From an uncultured Gemmatimonadales bacterium (lineage in GTDB: Bacteria; Gemmatimonadota; Gemmatimonadetes; Longimicrobiales; Longimicrobiaceae), in NCBI GenBank assembly GCA_963716255.1, contig OY970303.1:3072001-3136000 (forward strand): a stretch of 64,000 nt of DNA, in the 5' to 3' direction. Position numbers and translations under genes: made by a program. The notes below the pieces were generated by a model that saw only the letters and a program-made list of their open reading frames with translations, was not told the DNA's origin and ran no database searches. Shown piece after piece: positions 62,224 to 64,000 of the stretch; position 1 is the first letter of the stretch, and each line of letters opens with the position of its first letter.

Positions 62224-62721
62224 ATGCGATGGATCCTGTTTCTGGCCCCCCTTCTCTGCCTCGCGGGCGGGCTTCGTGCGCAGAGCTTCACCCACTGGCT
62301 GGAACCGGGCACGCGGGTGCGCGTGACCGCGCCGGCGCTGGAGCCCTCCCGGGTCGCCGGCGACGTCGCGCTCCTCCACCCGGACACCCTGGTGCTCGAG
62401 CGCGGCGGCCGGCGCCTCCCCATCGCAAACGCGCGTATCGAACTGATCGAGGTGAGCCAGGGGCTGGACCGCCGGCGCGGGGCGTGGCGGGGGTCGATCC
62501 TGGGCGCGCTGGTCGGGGCCGGGCTGGGGGTGACCTTCGGCGCGCTCGGGGCCCAGGACCTTCCCACCGGCATCGGCACCTCCGCGGCGCTCGGCTTCTT
62601 CGGGGGCGGGCTGGTCGGCGGAGGACTCGGCGCGGGGGTGGGGGCGGTGCTCGCGCCGGAGCGCTGGCAGGGCTACCGGATCGAGCATCCCGCGGCGAAC
62701 GCGGGGCGGAGCAGGCCCTGA
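62224..62721 (+). CDS. Exported glycine-zipper membrane protein
   Basis: Signal peptide; LEPGTRVRV; GALVGAGLG...GGGLGAGVGA..PERW. Confidence 0.75.
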   Translation: MRWILFLAPLLCLAGGLRAQSFTHWLEPGTRVRVTAPALEPSRVAGDVALLHPDTLVLERGGRRLPIANARIELIEVSQGLDRRRGAWRGSILGALVGAGLGVTFGALGAQDLPTGIGTSAALGFFGGGLVGGGLGAGVGAVLAPERWQGYRIEHPAANAGRSRP

Positions 62722-62881
62722 ACCAACCGCCCGCCCCCGACATCGAAAACCCCGCCTGGAAGGCTCGGTGACGCACGAAACCCCTGCACACGACCACGCA
62801 CCCTCCGTACGAAGAGATCGTGGTTCTGGAGCGATCTGGCGACGTCGGTTTGTTCGGGTTGTGTTCGGAATCTGCGGCGAG

Positions 62882-63151
62882 CTAGCGGACGATCTCGAAC
62901 GAGTCGCCCTCGACGGGGCCGGCGGGGATCTCCTCGACTTCCTCCACCCGTGAGCCGGGGGGGCCGTGCGCAAGCTGCTCGCGGAACGCGTCGACGACCT
63001 CCTCCCTGCCGCGTACCCGCACCTCCACGGAGCCATCCGGGCAGTTGCGCACCGTCCCGGCGAGGCCCAGCCCCCGGGCCCGGGAGCGGGTCCACCAGCG
63101 AAAACCCACTCCCTGGACCTTCCCCCGGACCCGGTAGGCGGCCTCCTTCAT
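62882..63151 (-). CDS. acyP: Acylphosphatase
   Basis: VRGKVQGVGFR, G.VRN.PDGSVE, GPP.SRV. Confidence 0.94.
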   Translation of the reverse strand: MKEAAYRVRGKVQGVGFRWWTRSRARGLGLAGTVRNCPDGSVEVRVRGREEVVDAFREQLAHGPPGSRVEEVEEIPAGPVEGDSFEIVR

Positions 63152-63155
63152 CCCC

Positions 63156-63965
63156 TCACCGCATCTCCTGGTGGCTGGGACGACGGTGCGGCGCCGAATC
63201 GCCGGAAGCGCTACCCCCGGTACCGCCACCCTGGAGGTTCTGAAGCAGGGTGCCGAGAAGTCCGCCGGGGTTTCCCTTCCCCTGCGCCATCCCCAGGAGG
63301 TTGCGTCCTTCCTGGGCCACGGCGGCGCTCAGGCCGCCCATGATGGCGCCCTTGAGCTGGTTCTTGGCCTTGTACAGGGTCGTGCTGCGCTTCCCCTGCA
63401 CCTGGTCGCCGCTCCCCGCGAGGAGGAAGCCGACCCCGAAGGCGAGGCCGAGCGCCGGGAGTGGATTCTCGCGGACCTTGTCCAGGATGCCGCGCTCCTC
63501 CAGCACCTGCTCCGCCCGGCCCAGCGCCTCGCCCGCCTTCTCCCGCGCCTGGCCGGCCGCGTCGCCCACCCGGCCGGACACGTTGCCGGAGAGACCCTGC
63601 AGGCGCTCGCGGGCCTGGCCGGCCACGTCCCGCACCCGGTTCATGGCGCCGCCTTCCGAGGAGCCGCCGCTCGGCTCCCAGGAGCTGCCGGCGGAGGTGC
63701 CCGCGGGCGCGATGGCCCCGTAGCCGGTGTCCACGTCGCGGCCCATGGTCAGGCCGCCGTGGACCTCACCCGTGCCGGTCGCCAGGTCGCCCATGGCGCG
63801 GGAGCCCGGGGTCCCCGGGTCGAGAGAGGCGTCGTCGCGGGAGCCGCCCGTCAGGCCGGAGCTGCCGGTCGACCCGGCGCCCCCCAGTCCGGAGCCGTAG
63901 CCGGTGCTCCCCATCCCGCTCAGGCCAGCTCCTTCTTCGCCTGCTGGATTTCGCTCTGTAGCCAC
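63156..63965 (-). CDS. Hypothetical protein with DUF883/YqjD-like C-terminal membrane anchor
   Basis: VRENPLPALGLAFGVGFLLAG after Ala/Gly-rich helical repeats; GGAGG RBS before GTG. Confidence 0.7.
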   Translation of the reverse strand: MATERNPAGEEGAGLSGMGSTGYGSGLGGAGSTGSSGLTGGSRDDASLDPGTPGSRAMGDLATGTGEVHGGLTMGRDVDTGYGAIAPAGTSAGSSWEPSGGSSEGGAMNRVRDVAGQARERLQGLSGNVSGRVGDAAGQAREKAGEALGRAEQVLEERGILDKVRENPLPALGLAFGVGFLLAGSGDQVQGKRSTTLYKAKNQLKGAIMGGLSAAVAQEGRNLLGMAQGKGNPGGLLGTLLQNLQGGGTGGSASGDSAPHRRPSHQEMR

Positions 63966-64000
63966 CGTTTGTCCTCCTTCAGAGTTTGAATGGTCTGGTC

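Overview
This is a very GC-rich bacterial chromosomal segment, probably Gemmatimonadota/Longimicrobium-like (an inference from gene style). It spans the replication origin: dnaN-oriC-dnaA, then rpmH-rnpA-yidD-yidC and mnmE. From left to right it contains: the 5' part of an NRPS (C-A-T-C-A, running off the window); a divergent operon of a vanadium haloperoxidase plus two paralogous beta-helix proteins behind a long structured leader; ackA; a protease/secreted-protein pair; htpG; a split ligase-associated DNA repair system (PdeM and Lhr helicase interrupted by two toxin-antitoxin pairs, with ligase and exonuclease ~14 kb away); a six-tRNA operon; housekeeping and stress genes; and a large Ig-repeat lipoprotein. 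The top candidate for a new system is a lower-GC, translationally coupled five-gene island directly downstream of dnaN (47865-52236). It encodes a restriction-endonuclease-like protein, a QatB-like protein (N-terminus MGTS), a QueC-like protein, an unknown degenerate nuclease-fold protein and TatD. This looks like a Qat-type anti-phage system in which the QatA ATPase is replaced by a nuclease. The second highlight is a ~137-nt multi-hairpin element present three times with compensatory base changes, a candidate structured RNA. All calls come from motif recognition by eye; no searches were run.
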